From a virus (lineage: Duplodnaviria; Caudoviricetes), in IMG/VR virus record IMGVR_UViG_3300032332_000934, positions 1 through 64,000 of that record: 64,000 nt of DNA; one strand, written 5' to 3'. Positions 55,742 through 64,000 of this stretch are shown here, in pieces. The notes under the pieces were generated by a model. That model ran no database searches and had not been told where the DNA came from. It saw nothing but the letters and a program-made list of their open reading frames with translations. The translations under genes and the position numbers were made by a program. Numbering within the stretch: the stretch's first letter is position 1; every line of letters begins with the position of its first letter.

Positions 55742-57528
55742 ACTATTTCCATTCCGCTCAGTGCATCAGAAAGATCTCTTGGCATTGAAGATGGTGCTCT
55801 AATTAAATTAGGACTATCTACAACTAGAGATTCTCTATATTGTTTTTTAACAGATGAATAATCGTGCACCTCAATATCACCAAATGCCGCTCTAGTTAAA
55901 CTAATTGCGTTATAAATAGATCCGCAGACTGCGTCAGCTAAGTCCTTAGAACCTTTTCTTGGGTGGTCAACCTTGTCTCTCATAATTCTTAACTCTAACA
56001 ATTCATCAACAAGGAGTGGTATGTGGGGGCCATTCAATCTTTCTTCCAAGACAACCATAGCCATATCATCATAATGTTTTTTAGCTACAGATAAAGTTTC
56101 TGTATTGATTCCATATTGTTTTAGCTGCTGCATCATATCGTGAGAGTTCCATCGATCAAAAGTACATATTCTAATATTAAATCCTCTAGATCTTAATGAC
56201 AATATGTAATCTCTTACCTCTCCGAAGTCGACAGACTTGTCTGATGTAGGAGTCCAATACATTACGGCATCTACTTTAACAATTGGTGCTGGCTGAGAAT
56301 ATGTATCAGTTACTTTTACGCTAACAAACTTTTCAATGTGAGCCATGGACACGGCGCAGTGGTCATGCTTTTGAGCCAAGTCAACATGAATGTAGTAGTC
56401 TTTATCTTCTTCTGGGATAAACCATTCTTCAAATCTTCCAAAGCCGTCTACAGCTAAAGATAGGTCGTTAAAAGCCATTTCAATTTTTTCACGTGACTTA
56501 AAAAAAGCATCAATTGCTTCTGGTGGCATGCAAGCAAATCTTCCTAGAGCATCGGTAACATCTCTATAAAATGCAATTTTAAAGTCTTCTATGGTTCTAG
56601 TAGGATTAACTTCCCAGGTTGGCCTTTTGATTGCATACACTTTAGGATACTTGTAAGATATTATTTCATCTTGGTCCCAGAAGATTTCAAATTCATTCCC
56701 TACAGTATTGTTAGGAAGTTCTGGATCAAGCTTGAACTTGTGAGACATGGATATGGTTTCTTTTTCAGAAATAATATCGTCATACCTCTGCTGTATGTAA
56801 TCATTTTTAAATCTAGGGAAAGAAAGCAATATGACTTTACCATAGTCGGGGAAGCGTGAATCAACAGATGCCCTGTACATGTCGTAAATTCCACTGGATG
56901 TTTTTGCTTGGTCATGCCCACTTGTGTTGTCAAGCGCAAATCCAGAAATTTCATCAAGTACTGCTACAAGAACGTTGTAGCCCTCAAACGCTTCTCTTTC
57001 TGAGTGCCCAGAATAAACTGTAACATTCTTATCAAACTTTATTTCTGAAGCTTTTTCAAAGTATCTGCCAGCAAACCAAGGTGAGTGAGTTACTCTATTT
57101 TTAAATCCTTTAAAAAATACGTTGTTAGCTTGCTGTGCGTTAATAGCAATATTAATAATATCTATTGAGTCACCAGGTGGCTTACCGTAGTACGCAGCTG
57201 GGTCTCTTAAACATAAAAGCAAATATACTATATAGGCAACAGATATTGTCGAGCAATAATCTTTACCGCTTCCTTTTCCTAACTGAGCAACAACTTCATT
57301 GCATGTTTGCCTATATCTTAATGATCCTTCTTCTTCACCAAAAAGTTTTATAAGAGTTGATTCTTTATATATCTGAGATGATTTTTCTATCAATGTGTAC
57401 TGGTGCTTAGATAGTTCTGGCAATCCTAAATAGTTTTTATCAGTTACAAATGTTTCTAGATCGACTGGTCTTTCATCAAACTCTTCGCCATCTAGAATAT
57501 CAATAATGTCATTAAAATCAATGTCCAT
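55738..57528 (-). CDS. terL: Terminase large subunit
   Basis: Walker A GKGSGKD, Walker B VLDE, coupling motif LLSFP, nuclease motifs HVDLA, FDRW and KDLADA. Confidence 0.9.
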   Translation of the reverse strand: MDIDFNDIIDILDGEEFDERPVDLETFVTDKNYLGLPELSKHQYTLIEKSSQIYKESTLIKLFGEEEGSLRYRQTCNEVVAQLGKGSGKDYCSTISVAYIVYLLLCLRDPAAYYGKPPGDSIDIINIAINAQQANNVFFKGFKNRVTHSPWFAGRYFEKASEIKFDKNVTVYSGHSEREAFEGYNVLVAVLDEISGFALDNTSGHDQAKTSSGIYDMYRASVDSRFPDYGKVILLSFPRFKNDYIQQRYDDIISEKETISMSHKFKLDPELPNNTVGNEFEIFWDQDEIISYKYPKVYAIKRPTWEVNPTRTIEDFKIAFYRDVTDALGRFACMPPEAIDAFFKSREKIEMAFNDLSLAVDGFGRFEEWFIPEEDKDYYIHVDLAQKHDHCAVSMAHIEKFVSVKVTDTYSQPAPIVKVDAVMYWTPTSDKSVDFGEVRDYILSLRSRGFNIRICTFDRWNSHDMMQQLKQYGINTETLSVAKKHYDDMAMVVLEERLNGPHIPLLVDELLELRIMRDKVDHPRKGSKDLADAVCGSIYNAISLTRAAFGDIEVHDYSSVKKQYRESLVVDSPNLIRAPSSMPRDLSDALSGMEIV

Positions 57529-58105
57529 TTTTAATCTTTACATTCTTATATATATAGCCAGAAGTAGCGTATCTTTCTCCATCTAAAACTTCTTCAACGC
57601 CATGCTCACAGTAATCATCTGATCCATGAATAACAAGGTCTCCTGGGGAAGGCTTGTATTTTAATTTTTGTTTGCTATAAAAAAGCCCGCCGCCATTGAT
57701 TGGCAATTGATAATATACAATCGTTCCAAAAACTGAGAGCTGCTTGTCAATAAAGTCGTCTCCTTCTTTATACTCTTTAGCTAGCTCTTCAATTTCTTCA
57801 AAGTCGTGTACGTCTGAGTGGGCTCCCCACATATTTCCTTTAACCATTCTAACAACATGTGATGAATCTGAAGCATAGTGTTTGTCGTCTAATAAATTTT
57901 GAATTCTTTCCTTAAGGTAATCAACTGTTCTTGTGTTGTATGTACCCATTGTATTTGTAAAGTATTCACCAACATGCCAATCTTCTACATTTTTTACTTC
58001 CAAAAGAACCTTATCAATTTCATCCTGTGATATAAAATTTTTATATACATAGATTCTTTCACCAAGTATCTCGAAGTTAGTCAGATCAATTGGGCTATTA
58101 CTCAT
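57518..58105 (-). CDS. 2OG-Fe(II) oxygenase
   Basis: HSD...GGGLFY...PGDLVIH...HGV..V..GERY. Confidence 0.85.
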   Translation of the reverse strand: MSNSPIDLTNFEILGERIYVYKNFISQDEIDKVLLEVKNVEDWHVGEYFTNTMGTYNTRTVDYLKERIQNLLDDKHYASDSSHVVRMVKGNMWGAHSDVHDFEEIEELAKEYKEGDDFIDKQLSVFGTIVYYQLPINGGGLFYSKQKLKYKPSPGDLVIHGSDDYCEHGVEEVLDGERYATSGYIYKNVKIKNGH

Positions 58106-58634
58106 TTGATGCCACCTCTATGATTTCTATCGGCTCTACTATTCCATTTATTTGTGATAGTCTCTTTGATACTTCAAGTTTACATTTTGGACATGTCGCA
58201 GAAACCTCTTTTAATATTTTTACAAGTATCTCTTGCTTTCTTTCTGTATCTGATATCTGTGACGCTAACTCATTATTTTCAAGCAAGCCCACATCTTGAA
58301 GCATGGTAACTTTTTTGCCTTGAATGTCCAAAGCTAATTTAATAGCTGTTGCTTGTACACTAAGCTGGCCCTGCATCTTGGCTTCTTTTGCCAGGTCGTG
58401 AGCTTCTCTTATAAGCATTGCATAGTGTTGGTCAGCTGCAGATATAGCTTCTTTTGCTTTGTCACGAGCACCAGAGTCGTTTCTTACAACTTCTTTCCAT
58501 TCATCAATATGCTCTAAAACCTCTGATCTTTTAAGTCCAGTAGTTGTAGCAATTTGAGTTGGAGTGCTTCCCTTAAGAAGTTCTTCAACTACCCTATTCA
58601 TGCGATCAAAATGATCAGCTAATTCAATTTCCAT
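58098..58634 (-). CDS. HTH coiled-coil protein, candidate terminase small subunit
   Basis: N-terminal HTH (TPTQIATTTGLKRSEV), helical body, position upstream of terL. Confidence 0.55.
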   Translation of the reverse strand: MEIELADHFDRMNRVVEELLKGSTPTQIATTTGLKRSEVLEHIDEWKEVVRNDSGARDKAKEAISAADQHYAMLIREAHDLAKEAKMQGQLSVQATAIKLALDIQGKKVTMLQDVGLLENNELASQISDTERKQEILVKILKEVSATCPKCKLEVSKRLSQINGIVEPIEIIEVASNE

Positions 58635-58651
58635 ATAGTTATATTATACTT

Positions 58652-58993
58652 CTAGTCGACTGAAATAGCAAATTCCTTAGCTACCTTTAGTAATATTAGG
58701 TATCCAATTAGATCATCAATATCATTATCTCCTGGGTATTCTTCACCCTTAATAAGTCTATTTAGTTTATCATCAATTCTAACGTATAGTTGCTCTTTTG
58801 GTCCCGCCTTTGAAAATATACGAACTGGATCTAGGGCTGAATTTCCATATGATATATTTTTTTTAATTAGCATGTGAGCTATATCAAGGCAGGTTGTTAA
58901 AATTTCATGCCCTGCTTCAGTTCCAACTGTAAGCATGTATAGGTCATCGTATCTAAATTCTTTTGAATCTTCAAAAACTGGATTTAGCTTCAT
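58652..58993 (-). CDS. DUF1599 (nucleotide-modification-associated) protein
   Basis: KNISYGNS...VRIDDKLNRL...DLIGYLIL. Confidence 0.75.
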   Translation of the reverse strand: MKLNPVFEDSKEFRYDDLYMLTVGTEAGHEILTTCLDIAHMLIKKNISYGNSALDPVRIFSKAGPKEQLYVRIDDKLNRLIKGEEYPGDNDIDDLIGYLILLKVAKEFAISVD

Positions 58994-59130
58994 TTAATTA
59001 AACCTTTTTCTTTTAGGGCTCTATGTATGGTCATAATGCTTACGCCACATTCTTCTGCAATCTCCGACATTGTTTTTCTTTGGATAACATATCTTCTATG
59101 TAGCCAATCTTTATTTTTATACAATTTCAC
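58990..59130 (-). CDS. Small HTH protein (46 aa)
   Basis: Manual translation YKNKDWLHRRY...SEIAEECGVSIMTI; overlaps both neighbours. Confidence 0.7.
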   Translation of the reverse strand: MKLYKNKDWLHRRYVIQRKTMSEIAEECGVSIMTIHRALKEKGLIK

Positions 59131-59693
59131 CTCTTTGTTAACACTTCATTAGCATAGTAAGCAATTCCAAAAGAATCTGCAACATCATAATCTTCAACAT
59201 TTAAATTATATTTTTTGTTAAAATAATCTGCAGTTCTTTGCTTTCTTATATTACGCAACTTATTTTTGTACCAAGAATCTGCATAACCTGGATTTAATAA
59301 TCTAATAGCAGACTTTTCATCTTTAGTTGGGTTCTTATTTCCAATGTGTGACTGCCAAGCAGATGGGCTTATTGTAATCACTTTTGCGCCAGTTGACATA
59401 AGCTCGGCAATAACAACTCCATACACATAAGATAATTTTATCACAGCATCGGGTGATCTGACAAGTACTGCTCCTTCAACTGCAATGTAGTCTGATTTTA
59501 TTTCATTTAGAATAGAGTGTGTTTTTATCTTAGCATCATGAATTTTTTCATAAATATCATTACCAACTAAATTAATCTTACCCCATTTAACTGGCTTATT
59601 ATCTTCAATTAAACAAAACGCAACAGACGCTGTGGACGCATCTATTCCTAAAACTCTAGAGGCTTTTGTTTTAGACAGTTTAGCAAGCGTCAT
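59127..59693 (-). CDS. RuvC-like Holliday junction resolvase
   Basis: LGIDAS, VEG, ISPSAW and DVADSFGIA. Confidence 0.8.
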   Translation of the reverse strand: MTLAKLSKTKASRVLGIDASTASVAFCLIEDNKPVKWGKINLVGNDIYEKIHDAKIKTHSILNEIKSDYIAVEGAVLVRSPDAVIKLSYVYGVVIAELMSTGAKVITISPSAWQSHIGNKNPTKDEKSAIRLLNPGYADSWYKNKLRNIRKQRTADYFNKKYNLNVEDYDVADSFGIAYYANEVLTKR

Positions 59694-59964
59694 TTATCAT
59701 ACCAATTATCTTATCTCTATCTGAAGTAGAGTTATTCTTTTCACATTTTGCACAAATATTTAGAGTGTTATACCTACTTAAAGGTGATTTGCATGACTTG
59801 CAGTATCTTTTTTGGCCAGACCTAATTGCTTTTTTCTCATAATACTTTTCCATAATCTTTTTATTAGTTGCAATTCTGCAACACTCATCACAACAATACT
59901 TCTGATTGTGTGTTTTTGGCTCAAAATTTTTTTCATTAATACAGTCTGAATTTGCACAGATCAT
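59680..59964 (-). CDS. Cys-rich Zn-binding protein
   Basis: Multiple CxxC motifs. Confidence 0.7.
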   Translation of the reverse strand: MICANSDCINEKNFEPKTHNQKYCCDECCRIATNKKIMEKYYEKKAIRSGQKRYCKSCKSPLSRYNTLNICAKCEKNNSTSDRDKIIGMINDAC

Positions 59965-60752
59965 TACAGAGCAACCTTAAATCTTTCTATCTGTACCGTT
60001 CCAGTAGGTGTATCCTTTGAATAACATTCTTTTTTAATTGGGCAGTACGTACAAGGCATCTTAGTTTTTGTTGCACCTTCTGGCTTCATTGGAAGGTCCC
60101 CATCTTTAAAGTTATCCCATACCTCCCTCATCCAAAGAAATGTGTCCTCTATAATCTTTGTGTTCTTCTCATTCATGGATACTGGAATAATTAATATTTC
60201 CTGAGTGTTTTTATTCTCATAAAGAAAAAATCCCTCTTTAGCATTCTTAAGCTTCATGTATGTTAACAACTGTAGCAAGTGGTTCGGTGACGGGCTCATC
60301 TCTGCCTGCCTTGTATCCCATACCTCTTGTTTTGCAGTTTTTATTTCACCAATAACTGTTTCGTTGTCATATTCCATAATTAGATCGATAAACCCACGAA
60401 TTGGTGGATATTCGTTAACAATCTCTTCTTCTTCTGCAATCCACTGCGGCATAGTTTTAATTAAGTTTTGGAGTCTTTCATGAGCTTGAGTTCCCTGAGC
60501 CATGTTTGCAACTGCAACTGCATCATTATTATCAATGAATACAGCACCCGAAAAGGCCATATACCAATACCTTGGGCATGTTCCATGACCATAACCTAAA
60601 GAGCTTGGGCTAAAAGACTTCTTAGTCATTTCCCCATCTGCTCTTTTAGTATTCTTATATGACTCATCAAGCATTGATGCAAAAAGCTCTGGATCAAAGA
60701 ACTTACCCGTGTGCTTCTTAAACTTTAAATTTTTAACTATGTTTCTACCCAT
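59964..60752 (-). CDS. Cas4-like PD-(D/E)XK exonuclease
   Basis: CPR.W, GTQAH, GFID...EIKT, Q..TY and CTYCP...C. Confidence 0.85.
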   Translation of the reverse strand: MGRNIVKNLKFKKHTGKFFDPELFASMLDESYKNTKRADGEMTKKSFSPSSLGYGHGTCPRYWYMAFSGAVFIDNNDAVAVANMAQGTQAHERLQNLIKTMPQWIAEEEEIVNEYPPIRGFIDLIMEYDNETVIGEIKTAKQEVWDTRQAEMSPSPNHLLQLLTYMKLKNAKEGFFLYENKNTQEILIIPVSMNEKNTKIIEDTFLWMREVWDNFKDGDLPMKPEGATKTKMPCTYCPIKKECYSKDTPTGTVQIERFKVAL

Positions 60753-61090
60753 TACAAATTATACCTAACGACATACTTAAGTGCATCTACAAGTTTGTCT
60801 ATAGACTCCTTTGCTGAATAATATATATTCTTTTTATTATTATTCATGGTTCCAGCTTTATCTTTTGCTATTGTTGAATAGTAAGAAGCCATCATGGCAA
60901 ACTTAGTTGACATTGCCTGCAGCTCAATAATAAGCTGTGGTGCTTTAGCGGCAGGAACATCTGGGTTCAACAAAAGCTTTACAATAACAGCCAAGGCTCT
61001 ATCTAGCTGAGCATCATTCATATACTCATGCAGATCATTGAACTCAGTTATAGAACTAATTAACTCTAGAGTATTTTTATCCTCTGTCAT
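60752..61090 (-). CDS. Hypothetical protein
   Basis: ORF track, start trimmed to ATG at 61090. Confidence 0.7.
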   Translation of the reverse strand: MTEDKNTLELISSITEFNDLHEYMNDAQLDRALAVIVKLLLNPDVPAAKAPQLIIELQAMSTKFAMMASYYSTIAKDKAGTMNNNKKNIYYSAKESIDKLVDALKYVVRYNL

Positions 61091-61180
61091 TTTTAATCTT
61101 CCTGTCCCATTTGTCTGCAAATAGGCCCATGCCGTAACCAAATACAATACCTACCAGCAAACCCATTAAAAAAAATGTCA

Positions 61181-61336
61181 TTAGATAATCCTTTGAACTA
61201 TTCCATACCCTAGCCATAGGCCAAAGATACCCATCAATCCAGAAAATACTGGGGGGGCAGGAATAGGTAATTTAAATAAACTAAATATCCCACCTACGCC
61301 AAGACCCACCAGTGTTGTAAGAAATATCTCTTTCAT
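61181..61336 (-). CDS. XapX/DUF1427-like small membrane protein
   Basis: Manual translation ...VGGIFSLFKLPIPAPPVFSGLMGIFGLWLGY. Confidence 0.75.
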   Translation of the reverse strand: MKEIFLTTLVGLGVGGIFSLFKLPIPAPPVFSGLMGIFGLWLGYGIVQRII

Positions 61337-61728
61337 TAAAATGGGACCTCTGCATATGTCTTGTAAGATGGAAATTGTTCATTGCTTGGTGCTTTATCTT
61401 TAGACAGAGTGTAGGTAGTTACAGAAATAGAATCGGCATTAATTTCATAAGAACTTTTCTTAACTCCATCTTTATCCGTCCAAGTGTCTTCATAGATTTT
61501 GCCAACAATTGTAACTTCCATGCCCTTGCGAATTACCGACTTTGATTGATCAGCTAATGTGCGCCATGCTTTTACTGTCCACCATGAAGTGTTTTTGTCT
61601 TCCCATGCACCAGTTGTATCATTTTTAACACGGTCATTTGTAGCAACTCTAAAACGAAGCCCATTTGATCCTACTGACTCTGGGTCGCTACCAACTCTTC
61701 CTACAATTGTAATTATTGGATTAGCCAT
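61336..61728 (-). CDS. ssb: Single-stranded DNA-binding protein
   Basis: ITIVGRVGSDP, WRTLA, KGMEV.IVG and C-terminal VPF. Confidence 0.9.
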   Translation of the reverse strand: MANPIITIVGRVGSDPESVGSNGLRFRVATNDRVKNDTTGAWEDKNTSWWTVKAWRTLADQSKSVIRKGMEVTIVGKIYEDTWTDKDGVKKSSYEINADSISVTTYTLSKDKAPSNEQFPSYKTYAEVPF

Positions 61729-61793
61729 TGTTACTCCTTATAAAGGTGAGAAATTTATTTTAAATTCCTCATTGCTAAGTATAGTAAATTTTT

Positions 61794-62870
61794 TTATTTT
61801 TGTAAAGAGTTTCCATCCATGTATATAACTTCTTCTATATAATAGTCTTCACCATTTATTTGTGACTCTACATAAAAAGGTTCGGGCATAGACCTTTTAT
61901 CAAAATCATTTTTTGCTCCAGGCATAACAACATGCTTTCTTCCTTTTCCAGAAATTGTTTCCGCATGTATTCTTTCGTGTTCCATCTGAATCCATTCATC
62001 TATACCAAATTTTTCTGCAGATGAATTCCAATTTTTGCTACCAGGGTAAGACCAAGTTAAAAAATGTCTAACAAAGTATTTTGGAACATCTGATTTTATT
62101 GGCATGGCTGCATGCTGAAAAGGATTTGAAGATGGAAATATTACTATGTCTCCAGCCTTTGGCTTATAAACAATAACCTTGTCTTCTCCATGTTTTAAGA
62201 ATGCTATTTCTCCACCTTCGTAGTCGTCATTTAAATATATTGTTACTGATAATATTGATTTAGGACCAGGCGCTTCATCTAAACTCTCATTTCTATCTGT
62301 GTGCCATCCTATTGCATACTCTCTATCTGTTGCAGGATCATGCTTTAGCAAGTCATAGGAGCTTGCAGACCAACCGCTAGATGGATTTCTGAAAACTGGA
62401 TCTCCCGTGTCATCACATGTTACAATTTTAAGTCCAACCATGTTGTCAACGCTTTCACCTTTTTCAAGTTCATAAAAGTCTACAAAGTCTGAGTAATCTT
62501 TTTTCCTATCGACACCCTTTTCTAAATTAGAAAAATCAACATACTCTGGCCAAGATCGCTGTCCCTCATCTAAGTATTTAGATATGTAATCTTTTACACA
62601 TTTGTCAATTACTGATTTAACTTTAATGTGTGCATCGGTATAAATATTGTCTAGGTCTTCAGTTACAGAATTTATTTCTTTTCTTGGATCAATAAATTTT
62701 GTTTTTTTACCAAACGTATACCAGTCTTCCCACTCATTAATTAGGTATCCTTCTTTTATGCTTTCTGAAGATTTTACAACTTCAAGTATTTCTTTAGCAT
62801 CAAAGTCTTCAACCTGATAAACAATGCACTGATTAAAAATTTTATAACTATTCAAAATCTTTTCTCCCAT
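61794..62870 (-). CDS. 2OG-Fe(II) oxygenase
   Basis: WHTD...YLNDDYEGGEI...PKAGDIVIFPS..FQHAA; tandem paralog of the next gene. Confidence 0.88.
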   Translation of the reverse strand: MGEKILNSYKIFNQCIVYQVEDFDAKEILEVVKSSESIKEGYLINEWEDWYTFGKKTKFIDPRKEINSVTEDLDNIYTDAHIKVKSVIDKCVKDYISKYLDEGQRSWPEYVDFSNLEKGVDRKKDYSDFVDFYELEKGESVDNMVGLKIVTCDDTGDPVFRNPSSGWSASSYDLLKHDPATDREYAIGWHTDRNESLDEAPGPKSILSVTIYLNDDYEGGEIAFLKHGEDKVIVYKPKAGDIVIFPSSNPFQHAAMPIKSDVPKYFVRHFLTWSYPGSKNWNSSAEKFGIDEWIQMEHERIHAETISGKGRKHVVMPGAKNDFDKRSMPEPFYVESQINGEDYYIEEVIYMDGNSLQK

Positions 62871-63936
62871 CTATATATTTTAAATTTTCTGCAAAAAACG
62901 GTTGTCTATTTATACTAGATTGTTTTCTATAAATTTTTGACCAATTTTTAAATGTTTCTTGCGGATTATCTCCTGGTAAAAGCACGTGTCTTTCATGCAT
63001 TCCAGAGTTATCTTCAGCTATAATCCTGTACTGCTGCATTTTTTTCCATACATCTTCTCCATACTCCTGAAGACCATCTAAATAATCTTGTGTTCCTTCA
63101 TAATAATAGCACAAAAAGTATCTAATTAAGTATTTTTTTCCACCGCTTACTGGTAGTGCGGCATGAAAAAATGGGTTGTAAGATGGGAATACAGTTATGT
63201 CACCAGCTTTTGGCTTGTATGTTATAACAGAAGAACTTCTGTCGGCAAGGAAGGAAACCTCTCCACCCTCATAATCATCATTTAAATAAATTGTTGCAGT
63301 TAGAATTGGCTTAGGACCTGGCATGGAAACCATACTGGCCTTGTTGTCTGTATGAAATCCAATTGCATACTCACGATTATTTCTAGTATCAGTTTCAGAG
63401 TTGTGACTCAAAACATCGTAGGAGCTTTGAAGCCAACCCGTACCTATCTTGCCAGACCTTTCTCTTATATTCCAGTCTGGTAACCATTCTGGAAAAATTG
63501 ATTGCTTATACTCCCAATCATCATTAAAATAAGATTGATCAAATGGCTTATCTACCCAATGATCTAGGTAATCCTTCATTGCAGAATAAACTGCAGAATC
63601 AATTTCAAAATAAAGCTTTTCTTGCTCATAAAAAATTTTGTCTTCTTCTTCTGACAACATGTTCAAATGCTCAGAGTTTAATGTTATTAAATTTTTTGTT
63701 TCTGAGTGTGGGTAAAGCCTAGACTTTAATCCAAAATCATACCATCTCTCCCATTTACTCAAGTATGGTCCAACTTTTTCAAGTGACTCTGATTTTTTTA
63801 TTACTGAAAGTGCTTGCTCTGGATTTTTAATACCGCCAGAATAAACAGAGATGTAAGGGAAAAGGTCATGTCTTTTTGAAAGGTCATGGTTTTCTTCGTA
63901 CCCAGGAGCAAATTCTGGTTGTCCTTCCCACATCAT
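62848..63936 (-). CDS. 2OG-Fe(II) oxygenase
   Basis: FHTD...YLNDDYEGGEV...PKAGDITVFPS..FFHAA. Confidence 0.88.
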   Translation of the reverse strand: MMWEGQPEFAPGYEENHDLSKRHDLFPYISVYSGGIKNPEQALSVIKKSESLEKVGPYLSKWERWYDFGLKSRLYPHSETKNLITLNSEHLNMLSEEEDKIFYEQEKLYFEIDSAVYSAMKDYLDHWVDKPFDQSYFNDDWEYKQSIFPEWLPDWNIRERSGKIGTGWLQSSYDVLSHNSETDTRNNREYAIGFHTDNKASMVSMPGPKPILTATIYLNDDYEGGEVSFLADRSSSVITYKPKAGDITVFPSYNPFFHAALPVSGGKKYLIRYFLCYYYEGTQDYLDGLQEYGEDVWKKMQQYRIIAEDNSGMHERHVLLPGDNPQETFKNWSKIYRKQSSINRQPFFAENLKYIDGRKDFE

Positions 63937-64000
63937 ACATCACCTTCTATTTTTTTATTAAAATCTACTATGTCTTTAACAAAGAAAGGGTCGCCGTGCT

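Noticed and set aside
22731-58662. AGTC(G/A)ACT-like motif near some -10 elements (22731, about 28628, 36055, 58655)
   Set aside because: Spacing to the -10 varies from 4 to 8 nt and copies are few, so it cannot be separated from chance by eye.
59964-60752. Cas4-like gene as part of a CRISPR-Cas system
   Set aside because: Solo nuclease in a recombination cluster with RuvC and SSB; no cas1/cas2 or array.
1-64000. Stop-codon reassignment, a diversity-generating retroelement, or introns/inteins
   Set aside because: Conserved genes (nrdJ, terL, carbamoyltransferase) are uninterrupted in code 11 at normal length; no reverse transcriptase or template/variable repeat pair was seen.

Overview
A 64-kb fragment of a large, AT-rich tailed dsDNA phage (Caudoviricetes), most likely infecting low-GC freshwater Actinomycetota. 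The host call is an inference from WhiB, an Lsr2-type domain, AhpC/AhpD, an actinobacterial-type SSB and many leaderless genes. Layout: 1-8.8 kb tail-fibre/structural genes and a class II ribonucleotide reductase (- strand); 9-14.3 kb lytic transglycosylase, 2OG-Fe(II) oxygenases, sulfotransferase and tRNA-Ile(UAU); 14.7-26.1 kb a + strand island of about 40 small early-type ORFs; 26.6-64 kb (- strand) proteases, chaperones, redox and sulfur/hydroxylation enzymes, lysis genes, tRNAs, terminase, RuvC, Cas4-like nuclease and SSB. The most striking signal is non-coding. In and around the early island there are a parS palindrome, four paired DnaA-box modules, eight perfect CRP-type sites, WhiA-like GACAC boxes and an MraZ-like triple repeat. 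These are interwoven with phage-specific elements: 13 TGTCAG-N10-TAYAAT-type promoters, 9 hairpin-TTACG-CCTGGA elements, two covarying pseudoknots and a flanking inverted repeat pair. Together they suggest a cis-encoded system that senses, mimics or titrates the host's chromosome-replication and cell-division regulators. All motif counts come from manual reading and are not exhaustive.
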